Assembly (NCBI GenBank): GCA_044370175.1
Contig: JBILVZ010000002.1
Coordinates: 8,759 to 72,758, forward strand
DNA length: 64,000 nucleotides
Source: Methylococcaceae bacterium
GTDB lineage: Bacteria > Patescibacteriota > Microgenomatia > UBA1400 > PJMF01
Direction of reading: 5' to 3'
Shown here in pieces: positions 49,026 through 58,120 of the stretch; within the stretch, counting starts at the first letter, position 1, and each line of letters begins with the position of its first letter. Made by a program: the position numbers and the translations under genes. The notes beneath the pieces were generated by a model that had not been told where the DNA came from, made no database searches, and worked only from the letters and a program-made list of their open reading frames with translations.

Positions 49026-50876
49026 ATGGCTTCTCAAGAACACATTCGAAATTTTTGTATTATTGCACATATCGATCACGGCAAAACCACACTGACTGAC
49101 TGTTTGTTGCGTCTCACCCGCACCGTCAATGACTTCCAGTTTGAGGAGCGGATGATGGATAGCAACCCCATCGAAAAAGAGCGAGGTATCACCATAAAAC
49201 TTGCTCCAGTGCGCATGGAGTACACACTCCTTCCACAAACTGCTGCACAAGCTGCCGAACACACCAATCTGCAACACAGTACTGTTGGTCAAAAGTATGT
49301 TCTCAACTTGATTGATACACCTGGCCACGTCGACTTTGGGTATGAAGTCAGCCGCTCGCTGGCTGCATGTGAAGGTGCTTTGCTAGTTGTTGATGCTACC
49401 CAAGGAGTCCAAGCACAAACACTTTCCACCTACGAAAAAGCTAAAGACCTGGGCCTCGTTATTATTCCTGTCATCAATAAAATTGACCTACCTTCTGCAG
49501 ATGTTGAACGAACCACTTTAGAACTGATGGAGCTGTTTAACGTTGATGAGCATGACATTTTAAAAGTTTCAGCCAAATCAGCACTCAATATCGAAGAGTT
49601 ACTGCGCGCTATCATTGAGCGTATTCCAGCTCCAGAGGGAAAAGTGGATGCTCCAGCACGCGGGTTGCTCATTACTTCACTGTTTGATCAGCACAAAGGT
49701 GCGATTGCTTTGGTGCGAATCGTGGATGGTGCATTACGCAAAGGAGATAAACTCGAGTTTGTGCGTGCGGGCACCAGTATGCTCCCTCTAGAAATTGGTA
49801 TTTATAACCCTGTGATGCAAAAACGTGATGATCTTTTGACCGGTGAAGTGGGGTATATTGCCACTGGCTTGAAGGATGTCCGCTCGCTCAAGGTGGGTGA
49901 TACGATCACTCGCGCAGCTGATGCGGCTCAAGTGGAAGCACTGCCTGGGTATAAAGAGCCGCAGCCAATGGTGTATCTAGAACTATATCCGGTCGATGCC
50001 TCAGAATTCAGCGAGCTGCAAGATGCAATGAGTAAACTTGTTTTGCGCGATGCAGCGCTGCAGTATGTTGGCACACATAGTGAGGCGCTTGGTAGTGGAT
50101 TGCGCGTTGGGTTCTTAGGGATTTTACACGCTGAAATTGTTTTAGAACGATTAAGTCGAGAGTTTAATCTTGAGCTCATTGCCACTTCACCTTCGGTTCC
50201 CTACCAAGTTACGTTGCGTACTGGTGAGGAACTAGAAATTCACTCACCTGCACAGTTGCCTGATATCTCACAAATTTTACAGATCAAAGAACCAGTAGCA
50301 GAAATCAACCTGTTTACACCAGAGCGGTTTAGCGGAGTTGTTTTGCAGATGGTGCGTGAGCGCCGAGGTCACCTTCAAGAAAGTCGTGTGGTGGGAGAGC
50401 GCATCCGCCTGGACTGTGAAGTGCCACTTTCTGAGTTGATCACTGATTTTCATGACAAATTAAAGTCTGTCACATCGGGATATGCTTCATTTGAATATGC
50501 AGTAAAAGGCTTTATGACTGTGGATGCAGTCAAGGTTGATGTCTTACTCAACCAAGAAGTAGTGGAAGCACTCAGTTTTATGTGTGTGCGAGATAAGGCT
50601 GAAAGTGAAGGGAGAAAGATTGCTGCGAAACTCAAAGAGATTTTGCCACGCCAGATGTTTGAGGTGCCGATCCAGGCTGCGATTGGCGGCAAAGTGATTG
50701 CTCGTGAAACGATTAAAGCCTTCCGCAAAGATGTGACGCAACATCTCTATGGTGGTGATGTCACTCGTCGTAAGAAGCTGCTGGCCAAGCAAGCCAAGGG
50801 GAAGAAGAAAATGAAGCAGATGGGGCGAGTGGAAGTGGATCAGGATACGTTTTTAAAGTTGCTGCGGCGTGATTAA
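49026..50876 (+). CDS. lepA: Elongation factor 4 (LepA)
   Basis: IRNFCIIAHIDHGKTTL, ERGITIK, DTPGHVDF, GFLGILH, YGGDVTRRKKLL.KQ..GKK. Confidence 0.97.
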   Translation: MASQEHIRNFCIIAHIDHGKTTLTDCLLRLTRTVNDFQFEERMMDSNPIEKERGITIKLAPVRMEYTLLPQTAAQAAEHTNLQHSTVGQKYVLNLIDTPGHVDFGYEVSRSLAACEGALLVVDATQGVQAQTLSTYEKAKDLGLVIIPVINKIDLPSADVERTTLELMELFNVDEHDILKVSAKSALNIEELLRAIIERIPAPEGKVDAPARGLLITSLFDQHKGAIALVRIVDGALRKGDKLEFVRAGTSMLPLEIGIYNPVMQKRDDLLTGEVGYIATGLKDVRSLKVGDTITRAADAAQVEALPGYKEPQPMVYLELYPVDASEFSELQDAMSKLVLRDAALQYVGTHSEALGSGLRVGFLGILHAEIVLERLSREFNLELIATSPSVPYQVTLRTGEELEIHSPAQLPDISQILQIKEPVAEINLFTPERFSGVVLQMVRERRGHLQESRVVGERIRLDCEVPLSELITDFHDKLKSVTSGYASFEYAVKGFMTVDAVKVDVLLNQEVVEALSFMCVRDKAESEGRKIAAKLKEILPRQMFEVPIQAAIGGKVIARETIKAFRKDVTQHLYGGDVTRRKKLLAKQAKGKKKMKQMGRVEVDQDTFLKLLRRD

Positions 50877-50925
50877 GTCACACAGTCTTGATAAGTTGTG
50901 AAAAATACTTCATGATTAATTTGCA

Positions 50926-53070
50926 ATGTTTGAAACGGAGGTATACAAAGAGAAGAGCTTGTCTGAGTGTAAACTACAAGCATGTTATAGCAGTTTAATT
51001 TTTCTTAAAGAAAACCTTGATATACCGCAGGTAAAAAAAAGTGAAACGTGCTGGTATCTAGATCAACTAGTAGAATTTATTGCAGTAGTTGCAAACAATC
51101 CTGATTTAATAAAAAAGTTTGAACAAAAAATAGTGCTCTTAACTGCGTTTTTATACGATTTTTTTGGTATTCAGAATATGAAACCAAAGGTTGTACAGCA
51201 TGGAGCAGAGGTATCTTCAAAATCTATATTTGAAGCTGCATATTATAGAAGTTATGCCTATATAAAAGAGCAAGTTTTAGAGGATGCTATAACCGTTGCT
51301 CCTGAAGTTTCTTTAAAAAATTTTTACTGTATTCCTAAACAAGAATTGCCCTATGTATTTCAAAATCTTGAAACGAGGCAGTCGGACGAATGGCTGCAAT
51401 GGCCACTGCATAAAATAGCCTCGGTAGAACAATTTTTGGCGTACCCTGAGGAAAATTTTGCTGAAACTACAGAACTTGCAGCAGGCAGATCTGGAATCTG
51501 GAGTGTGATAGAGGAACAAATTCCATTATCAAAGGTAGCTTTAGTAAAAGAAAAATTTATCCGTTTAGTGAAAAAGTTAAAGACATCTGAATCAGATGAC
51601 ATGATTGGACTTACTTGCTGGGTACAGATTGGAGACGCAGCGGTAGGTGTATTACCGCTTGGTCAGCATAGTGACAGCATACAAGCAGTGTCTCCAATCT
51701 CTATGCCAGATCTATTGAAGGCTTTTCTTGAAGATGGGAGAGCTATTCCAAATTTATTAAAAGATCCACAAGACATTACTAAAAGCCGTATTCCAGAAAA
51801 GGATACAGGAAATGCCGATCAGAGCAAAACTGATTGGCTAACCATATTAAATATACTACCATCGCTTTTTACAGAAAAATATCAATTGATAAAAGCTAGA
51901 AAATTGGTCTCCGTATTGCGGCAGGGAGATGACACAAGTTGGGAGGCGTTAGTGGAAAGCCATCAAAAACATTATGAAAGAATGTTTAATCGCTGGCATC
52001 CTTTTTTTAAGCAAAAAGTGTTGCTTACTCGATCTGGTACCAGCGCTAATGAGGTGGCAAAGGAAGTCGCATTTCTTTTTGCAGCGCAAGGGACAGATGA
52101 ACCCCCCTTTTTAGCTATAGATCATCATTCTTACTATGAAAACATGAAGGTTACTGGTTTCCAAAGAAGCATCTTAGATGATGAACTTAACGTATGTTTT
52201 GTTTCTAGTGATCCAACAATACCCATAAAATATGGATTTGATTACGAAACTTCCAAAAGAGATGGTATTAATAAGATAAAGGAGAGAGCATTGATAGATC
52301 AATCTCATTGGTATGTTGCTATACTTGACAAAACAGCGAGACCGTTTGATCAAAGTTTTTTAGAGGACAAAAACCTCCCTCCAAATTTGATTTTTATCGA
52401 AACTATCAGTTTCTCAAAGCATGGCAGAGGTGAGCAAAACTATAATGGCGGTATGGTCAGCATCTGGGGACCTGAGATCCTCAAATCCAAGATCACTGAC
52501 ATTCTCAATCAAAATCAAGCTACCCCTACTGTGTGCTCAACAATTGCACTGCCATATTTAACAAAGAGTGAAATAGTAATTGAAGCGCAGATAGCCGAAC
52601 GAAACAAAGCAGTTTGTATGAATGCCTTTACGGATGCAATACGAACAATTCCAGAAGAATGGAAAGCAAAAATAGAAAACTATGGATACTATTCTTTTTT
52701 AGTTTTTCCAGTTGATAAAATCTTTCGATCACTTTGTGACCAAGTTGGTGACAGAAGTGAATTAACTGAAAAGTTGCTATTACTAGAGTCTATTTGGGAA
52801 TCTTTACTGGAGCAAACGATCGACACTAGTGCCTATCAAGATCTATGCAGAGGTGACGGGTATGGTTTTAACCATACTAGAGTAAACCATATCTGGCGTT
52901 CAGAAACAATAGAAGGTAAATTTAGGGAAACCTACTATAGTAGGAGTTTCAAGAGAGATATCTTGCGCATAGCTTGGGGTAAAAAACTATCTTTAGATGA
53001 ACTGGCAACGTTTGGTAAGGCACTTGGCCAAGCATATTGTTCTAGTATAAATTCATTTATTACTGAATAG
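50926..53070 (+). CDS. Large hypothetical protein with probable fold-type-I PLP-dependent C-terminal domain
   Basis: LLTRSGTSAN, ILDKT, ETISFSKH....GG resemble SGMAA / VDNT / SxTK of Cys/Met-metabolism enzymes; AT-rich. Confidence 0.55.
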   Translation: MFETEVYKEKSLSECKLQACYSSLIFLKENLDIPQVKKSETCWYLDQLVEFIAVVANNPDLIKKFEQKIVLLTAFLYDFFGIQNMKPKVVQHGAEVSSKSIFEAAYYRSYAYIKEQVLEDAITVAPEVSLKNFYCIPKQELPYVFQNLETRQSDEWLQWPLHKIASVEQFLAYPEENFAETTELAAGRSGIWSVIEEQIPLSKVALVKEKFIRLVKKLKTSESDDMIGLTCWVQIGDAAVGVLPLGQHSDSIQAVSPISMPDLLKAFLEDGRAIPNLLKDPQDITKSRIPEKDTGNADQSKTDWLTILNILPSLFTEKYQLIKARKLVSVLRQGDDTSWEALVESHQKHYERMFNRWHPFFKQKVLLTRSGTSANEVAKEVAFLFAAQGTDEPPFLAIDHHSYYENMKVTGFQRSILDDELNVCFVSSDPTIPIKYGFDYETSKRDGINKIKERALIDQSHWYVAILDKTARPFDQSFLEDKNLPPNLIFIETISFSKHGRGEQNYNGGMVSIWGPEILKSKITDILNQNQATPTVCSTIALPYLTKSEIVIEAQIAERNKAVCMNAFTDAIRTIPEEWKAKIENYGYYSFLVFPVDKIFRSLCDQVGDRSELTEKLLLLESIWESLLEQTIDTSAYQDLCRGDGYGFNHTRVNHIWRSETIEGKFRETYYSRSFKRDILRIAWGKKLSLDELATFGKALGQAYCSSINSFITE

Positions 53071-53121
53071 ATTTAAAACTTCTATTGCCATTTATATTAT
53101 AAGACCTGATATAATACTCCT

Positions 53122-53853
53122 ATGCCTGATATTTTTGACAGCACACAGCTTGAATCAGAAGAAACAGCGGTCAATCCCTCTAAAGAGGAAGTGCTGCATG
53201 CGGTGAAAGAAAAACGCGCTCATTCTCACGAGAAAAAACATAAGAAAAAAGCGGTTGAAGAGTACTCGGAGGTAATGTCTCAGATGAGTGCTGAGACTTC
53301 CCCATGGGCTTCCTTTGCTGCCAAACCTCGTTGGACTGCCTTTTCAACCCAAGCTCCCGATGAGCAAATCTTACTACTGCTGCGCAAACATCCACTCACC
53401 CAAGTTGGTTGGGTTGTTATAGCCATAATTATTGCTCTAATCCCGATTGTCTTTGCTGGAATTCCTTTCTTAGGCTTTCTGCCACCTACCTATCACTTTG
53501 CGGTGGTGCTGGGTTGGTATATGCTCCTTGCGGGGTTTATTATTGAGTCGTTTTTGACTTGGTACTTCAATGTTTATATCATCACTGATGAACGTATAAT
53601 AGACGTAGACTTTTTATCATTGATTTATCAAAATATCTCAGCTGCTAAGATAGATAACATTGAAGATGTAACCGCCACCAAAGGTGGAGCGCTGCGTTCA
53701 GTTTTTGACTTTGGTACCGTCCATATTCAGACAGCTGCTGAAAAAACTCAGTTTGAGTTTGAAGATGTTCCGCATCCATCGCAAGTTACCAAGTTGTTAA
53801 ATGAGTTGATTTTAGAAGAAGAGCGAGAAAAAAATGAAGGTAGAGTAAACTAA
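53122..53853 (+). CDS. Membrane protein with bacterial PH domain
   Basis: 2 TM then YIITDERIID..IEDV....G.....FDFGTVHIQTA..F.FEDVPHP. Confidence 0.85.
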   Translation: MPDIFDSTQLESEETAVNPSKEEVLHAVKEKRAHSHEKKHKKKAVEEYSEVMSQMSAETSPWASFAAKPRWTAFSTQAPDEQILLLLRKHPLTQVGWVVIAIIIALIPIVFAGIPFLGFLPPTYHFAVVLGWYMLLAGFIIESFLTWYFNVYIITDERIIDVDFLSLIYQNISAAKIDNIEDVTATKGGALRSVFDFGTVHIQTAAEKTQFEFEDVPHPSQVTKLLNELILEEEREKNEGRVN

Positions 53854-53860
53854 AGGGGTT

Positions 53861-54130
53861 ATGTTTGCAACATTATTAGAACTTCAGATGGGACCTCAAG
53901 ATTCATTAGTCCAGGAATTAACACAGTCAGTAATTTTTTTGGGAATTCTCAAGGTGATGTTTATTATTGCTGCAATTCTCTATGTCTTATTTAGTTTTGT
54001 GGTAGTTCGCCAAATTACGCTGATGCGCCAGACGGTGGTAACTAGTTTGTCTAGTTTTTTGCAACTGATTGGCTACATCCACCTGATCTTCTCAATTCTC
54101 GTCGTTATAATTTTCTTCTTAGTTTTGTAG
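53861..54130 (+). CDS. Small 2-TM protein (DUF5657-like)
   Basis: LYVLFSFVVVRQITLM, H in the second helix. Confidence 0.7.
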   Translation: MFATLLELQMGPQDSLVQELTQSVIFLGILKVMFIIAAILYVLFSFVVVRQITLMRQTVVTSLSSFLQLIGYIHLIFSILVVIIFFLVL

Positions 54131-54394
54131 CTGAGTACGGTAGTCTTGGTCAGATTGGTTTTTGCAGACCTTTAATCCTGGAAATAATCAGATTGAACCT
54201 TTTCAGTAATCACGGTATCAGGAGGTTGCTGTTTAAATACCTCTGAGAGAATAGTAAAAACAGTTGCAGCATCAGGTGCAGAGTGACTATGATCATCACT
54301 GATTGTATCTTGTTGCGAAACTTCTACCCTACACATAGGGTAGAACATTTTTGTATCTATTTATAGAGGGGCTCATGCTAGAATACGCTCAAGA

Positions 54395-56293
54395 ATGCAA
54401 GTAGCGAGCGTTACCCCAGTAGTTGGTCTGCCACAAGTCAATGGATGGTCGCAAAGTATTGATCGAAAGTATGATGGTTTTCATATTGTTGGGACTCTTG
54501 CAGTGGCAGGTGACAATGCTAGTAGCGTTGGTCGAGATATCGTTGGTATTATTCTGGAACAGGAACTAAAGAACGCGCAACATCTCTATCAATTTGTAGA
54601 GTACTTGTATAGCCTTGCCCGAGGAAAACAGTGCCAGCTTTTTGTGGCGCTCGGACTCTTTTCAGAAGGTCGTTGCACACTCTGTTCAATTGGTGGCACT
54701 GTTTGGCTTAAACGTGGAGAAAAAGTGGGGGTTTTGGTAGAGGCAGAAACAGAGATTGCATTGGTTCAGGGTAGTAGTTTTGTTGATGATGTTTTTATTT
54801 TTGCTACAACACAAACGCAACAGTTTTTGCCAACTGTGGAGCTACAGTTTGGACAGGGTTTTGATGTTGATGGGGTGATTACCAGTATTGTGCCTGCTAT
54901 TCATGGACTCCAAGACTCCTCACTCTGTGCAATTTCTTTTATAAACATTTCACAAAAACACGAAGTGGTATCGCAACTAGATGCACAATTTGCTTCTGAA
55001 CAGGAGGGATACGAGCCACAAACTACTCAAACGTATTTAGAAGAAGCTCAAAAAACCTCGTTGCAGCCAGTTCAGTCAAGCCAATACGAAAAAGGTATCC
55101 CTTTGGAAAGCGTAAAAAAATTCTTTACTGATCTCCCCAAACTATTTTCTAGCAGGACCTATGTAGACCAACACACTCATAAGAAATCTGTGCTCTGGAT
55201 TTTGGGGTTGCTAGTGGTGGTACTACTTGGTATTGGGATAGGTATCTACTTCGTACTTCAGGCACGCGCTGAACGAACATTTGCGACTGAGCTAGTCACT
55301 CCCTATCAAACCAGAATTGCTGATGCCCAAAAAATTGCTGAGCGAGATCCCACTTCAGCGCGCATGGCAGTAGAAGGAGTTGTGGCGGAGCTTATGGCAC
55401 TACAAACGCAGTATTCCACAACTGGACGCAGCAGTGTTGTTGAAAAACTAGATGAGACAATCGCGATTGCTCGTACCGTGCAAACAGAAGTATCAGCCAA
55501 GCAAGAGTTTGCTGATCTACCAATTTTTTATGATTTGCGGCTTGCTAGCTCAGGCTTCTTGACAACAATGTCAACAATTCAAGGCCAGCGTGCGATATTC
55601 ATTGATTCAGAAAAGAAAAATGCTGTGGTACTCGATTTGCCCACCAAGCAGGTTGCTATAGTGCCCTTGAGTGACCTGGCGCCAGTTGTCGCCGTCAGTC
55701 CGCAAAGTGAAGATAGTTTCGCGGTCGTTGCTGAGGGTATCTATGCGGTGCCACTTGCCCAAGATGGACAACAGCGTGTTATTAAAGAAGTAGGTGACTC
55801 CAATAGAGCAGCAACATTTATCAATACATTTGGTTCATACGTCTATGTCTTTAATCCTGAAAAAAGAAATGTCTATCGGTATACAAAATCTGAAAAAACC
55901 GATACCTATTCAGACCCAATCGGCTGGCTGCAAGATCCACTGGGGGTGTCGTTTGAATCAATTAAGTCACTGATGATTGATGGAGATGTTTGGTTTACCA
56001 CTGATGTGGGCGAAGTTCTGAAGTTTTCAGCAGGCAGACGCGCGGCATTTAGTGTGAGTGGTCTGTCTGAACCGTTTTCTTCTGCAATTTTTTTGTTTAC
56101 CCAAGAAGCAACTACCCATCTGTATGTGCTTGAACCTGAAAAAAAACGATTGGTGATCTTGTCCAAGAGTGGGCAGTTTATTCGTGAGGTTCGCAGTAAC
56201 TCACTGCTGTCAGCCACGAGTGTTTTTGTAAGTGATGAATTGCAGAAGGCATTTGTAGTGAGTGGTTCGATAGTATATGAAATAGCATTATAA
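54395..56293 (+). CDS. Bitopic protein: cytoplasmic domain, TM, helical stalk, beta-propeller
   Basis: Central TM; C-terminal YVYVF / IDGDVW / LYVLEP..RLVILSKSG blade-like repeats. Confidence 0.75.
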   Translation: MQVASVTPVVGLPQVNGWSQSIDRKYDGFHIVGTLAVAGDNASSVGRDIVGIILEQELKNAQHLYQFVEYLYSLARGKQCQLFVALGLFSEGRCTLCSIGGTVWLKRGEKVGVLVEAETEIALVQGSSFVDDVFIFATTQTQQFLPTVELQFGQGFDVDGVITSIVPAIHGLQDSSLCAISFINISQKHEVVSQLDAQFASEQEGYEPQTTQTYLEEAQKTSLQPVQSSQYEKGIPLESVKKFFTDLPKLFSSRTYVDQHTHKKSVLWILGLLVVVLLGIGIGIYFVLQARAERTFATELVTPYQTRIADAQKIAERDPTSARMAVEGVVAELMALQTQYSTTGRSSVVEKLDETIAIARTVQTEVSAKQEFADLPIFYDLRLASSGFLTTMSTIQGQRAIFIDSEKKNAVVLDLPTKQVAIVPLSDLAPVVAVSPQSEDSFAVVAEGIYAVPLAQDGQQRVIKEVGDSNRAATFINTFGSYVYVFNPEKRNVYRYTKSEKTDTYSDPIGWLQDPLGVSFESIKSLMIDGDVWFTTDVGEVLKFSAGRRAAFSVSGLSEPFSSAIFLFTQEATTHLYVLEPEKKRLVILSKSGQFIREVRSNSLLSATSVFVSDELQKAFVVSGSIVYEIAL

Positions 56294-56312
56294 TCCCTGG
56301 TATACTACCAGT

Positions 56313-56759
56313 ATGTCTCTTGTAGTCAACAAAAAAGCGCACCACGAATATACAATCGAAACCAAGTACACAGCAGGGATTGTATTGTCGGGTCAGGAAG
56401 TCAAGAGTTTACGACTCGGACATGCATCGTTTGCAGGAAGCTACATCAAGATACTGGGTGGTGAGGCATTTTTACTCAATACACAGATCAATAAATATCC
56501 CTATTCACAAGAAAAAGACTACGATCCCAAGCGAACAAGAAAATTGCTGCTCAACAAACGAGAATTATTGGAACTGCAAGAGTGGAGTCATAATAAAGGT
56601 AGAACAATTGTGCCACTGACGTTTTTTGTTGGCGGACGGAATATAAAGGTAGATATTGGTGTGGGCAGAGGCAAAAAAGTCCATGAGAAGCGGGCAGTTT
56701 TAAAACAGCGTGATCAAGAACGTGAGATAGAACGTGATACGAAGTATCGCATTAGATAA
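56313..56759 (+). CDS. smpB: SsrA-binding protein
   Basis: NKKAHHEY..AGIVLSGQEVKSLR, RTRKLLL, GKKVHEKR. Confidence 0.96.
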   Translation: MSLVVNKKAHHEYTIETKYTAGIVLSGQEVKSLRLGHASFAGSYIKILGGEAFLLNTQINKYPYSQEKDYDPKRTRKLLLNKRELLELQEWSHNKGRTIVPLTFFVGGRNIKVDIGVGRGKKVHEKRAVLKQRDQEREIERDTKYRIR

Positions 56760-56853
56760 CAATGATCGCATAATCTGCTACTCGACTTTTGTAGCGTGTA
56801 TCTGCTTTAATAGAAAGATAAGTAAAATAGTAATTCAAATAGGAATTCCTGCC

Positions 56854-57135
56854 ATGCCTAAAAGAGTTTTTTGGCCCGTCGCATTAGTAGTTTTGGGTAT
56901 CATTGCCCTTGCCACATCCGTTGGGATGATGCCAGCCAGTTTCTGGAATCTTTGGCCACTTATTTTGATTATCGTCGGTTTGGGTGGATTACTCATTTCT
57001 GATAAAGAAGAGTGGGATACTGCGCCAACACCTCGCCGTGCCGTTGCTAAGCCACCTGTCAAAAAAGCTGCCCCGAAAGTTGCTGCCAAAGCTGCTTCTC
57101 GTCGTCCAGCTCCAAAGCTCAAGAAGAGAAAATAG
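56854..57135 (+). CDS. LiaI/DUF5668-like 2-TM protein with K/A/P-rich tail
   Basis: FW...LVVLG..L, LWPLILIIVGL; tail AKPPVKKAAPKVAAKAASRRPAPKLKKRK. Confidence 0.75.
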   Translation: MPKRVFWPVALVVLGIIALATSVGMMPASFWNLWPLILIIVGLGGLLISDKEEWDTAPTPRRAVAKPPVKKAAPKVAAKAASRRPAPKLKKRK

Positions 57136-57186
57136 CGTATCTCTGATACACTATATCCCTGGTATAACAATCTAGAGGGGGTATGT

Positions 57187-57891
57187 ATGAGTACGGCTGG
57201 TTTTTATCACATTGCCATTGATGGTCCCGTTGCGGCCGGAAAAGGTACAATTTCACGATTGGTAGCAGATCGACTTGGCTATCTGTATGTAGATACAGGT
57301 GCTATGTATAGAGTGGTTGCACTTTTGGGAATTAGAAGTTCAATTGCGCTAGAAGATGAAGCAGCGCTCGTAGAACATCTTCAAAAGACTCAAATTGACA
57401 TGCGTAACCCAAGCCAAGCGGAGAAAGACGGTCGCCTAACGACAGTTTTACTCGATGGCGAAGATGTCTCTTGGGCGATCCGAACTGAAGAAGTCAGCAA
57501 AGGTGCTTCAGTTGTTGCAGCTCATCCTGAAGTTCGCCGAGTACTTGTAGAAAAACAACAGATTATTGCTCAGAATAAAGATGTAGTTATGGAAGGACGC
57601 GATATAACGTACCGAGTGCTCCCTGATGCCCAGATGAAAATTTATCTCACTGCAGGAGATACCGTGCGTGCTAAACGTCGGCATGTGCAGCTTTTAACCA
57701 AAGGCACTGATGTTAGTTTTGAAGAAGTCTATACACAGCTCCTCAAGCGTGATCAGCAAGATATGACCCGAACGACTGATCCACTGAAAGTGGTGCCAGA
57801 TGCTTGGATAATTGACACAAGTGACCTCTCAATTGAACAAGTGGTGGAGCTAATTGTGGGGAAAGTCAAGGTTTTTAGAGGCATTGTATGA
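57187..57891 (+). CDS. cmk: Cytidylate kinase
   Basis: IAIDGPVAAGKGT, YVDTGAMYR, VMEGRDI, RD..D..R. Confidence 0.96.
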   Translation: MSTAGFYHIAIDGPVAAGKGTISRLVADRLGYLYVDTGAMYRVVALLGIRSSIALEDEAALVEHLQKTQIDMRNPSQAEKDGRLTTVLLDGEDVSWAIRTEEVSKGASVVAAHPEVRRVLVEKQQIIAQNKDVVMEGRDITYRVLPDAQMKIYLTAGDTVRAKRRHVQLLTKGTDVSFEEVYTQLLKRDQQDMTRTTDPLKVVPDAWIIDTSDLSIEQVVELIVGKVKVFRGIV

Positions 57892-58103
57892 AGGATATTA
57901 GAGCGGAAGCAGCAGATGTGCTGGCAGAAGAGATTGAGCTAGTAGAGGAAGAGCGGCGACAAAAAGAGTTGGCACGAGCGGAGCGCAAAGAGCGTCAGCG
58001 TATTAAAGAACGCAACAGATTTATTGAACGTATGGTTGCTCCCGTCTTGTTTATTGCGACGGTACTGATTTCTGCACTAGTAATGCTGCTTTTCTCAAAG
58101 TAG
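57888..58103 (+). CDS. Small tail-anchored charged protein
   Basis: ATGA overlap with cmk; E/R-rich helix plus C-terminal TM. Confidence 0.65.
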   Translation: MKDIRAEAADVLAEEIELVEEERRQKELARAERKERQRIKERNRFIERMVAPVLFIATVLISALVMLLFSK

Positions 58104-58120
58104 CGATATACCTATAGCAG

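Noticed and set aside
49220-49295. ~18-aa insertion in the LepA G domain
   Set aside because: Falls in a variable loop, far too short for an intein and lacks splice motifs
54173-54348. ~58-aa minus-strand ORF and hairpin TTCTACCCTA-caca-TAGGGTAGAA
   Set aside because: No recognisable product; the hairpin lacks clear context, so no call is supportable
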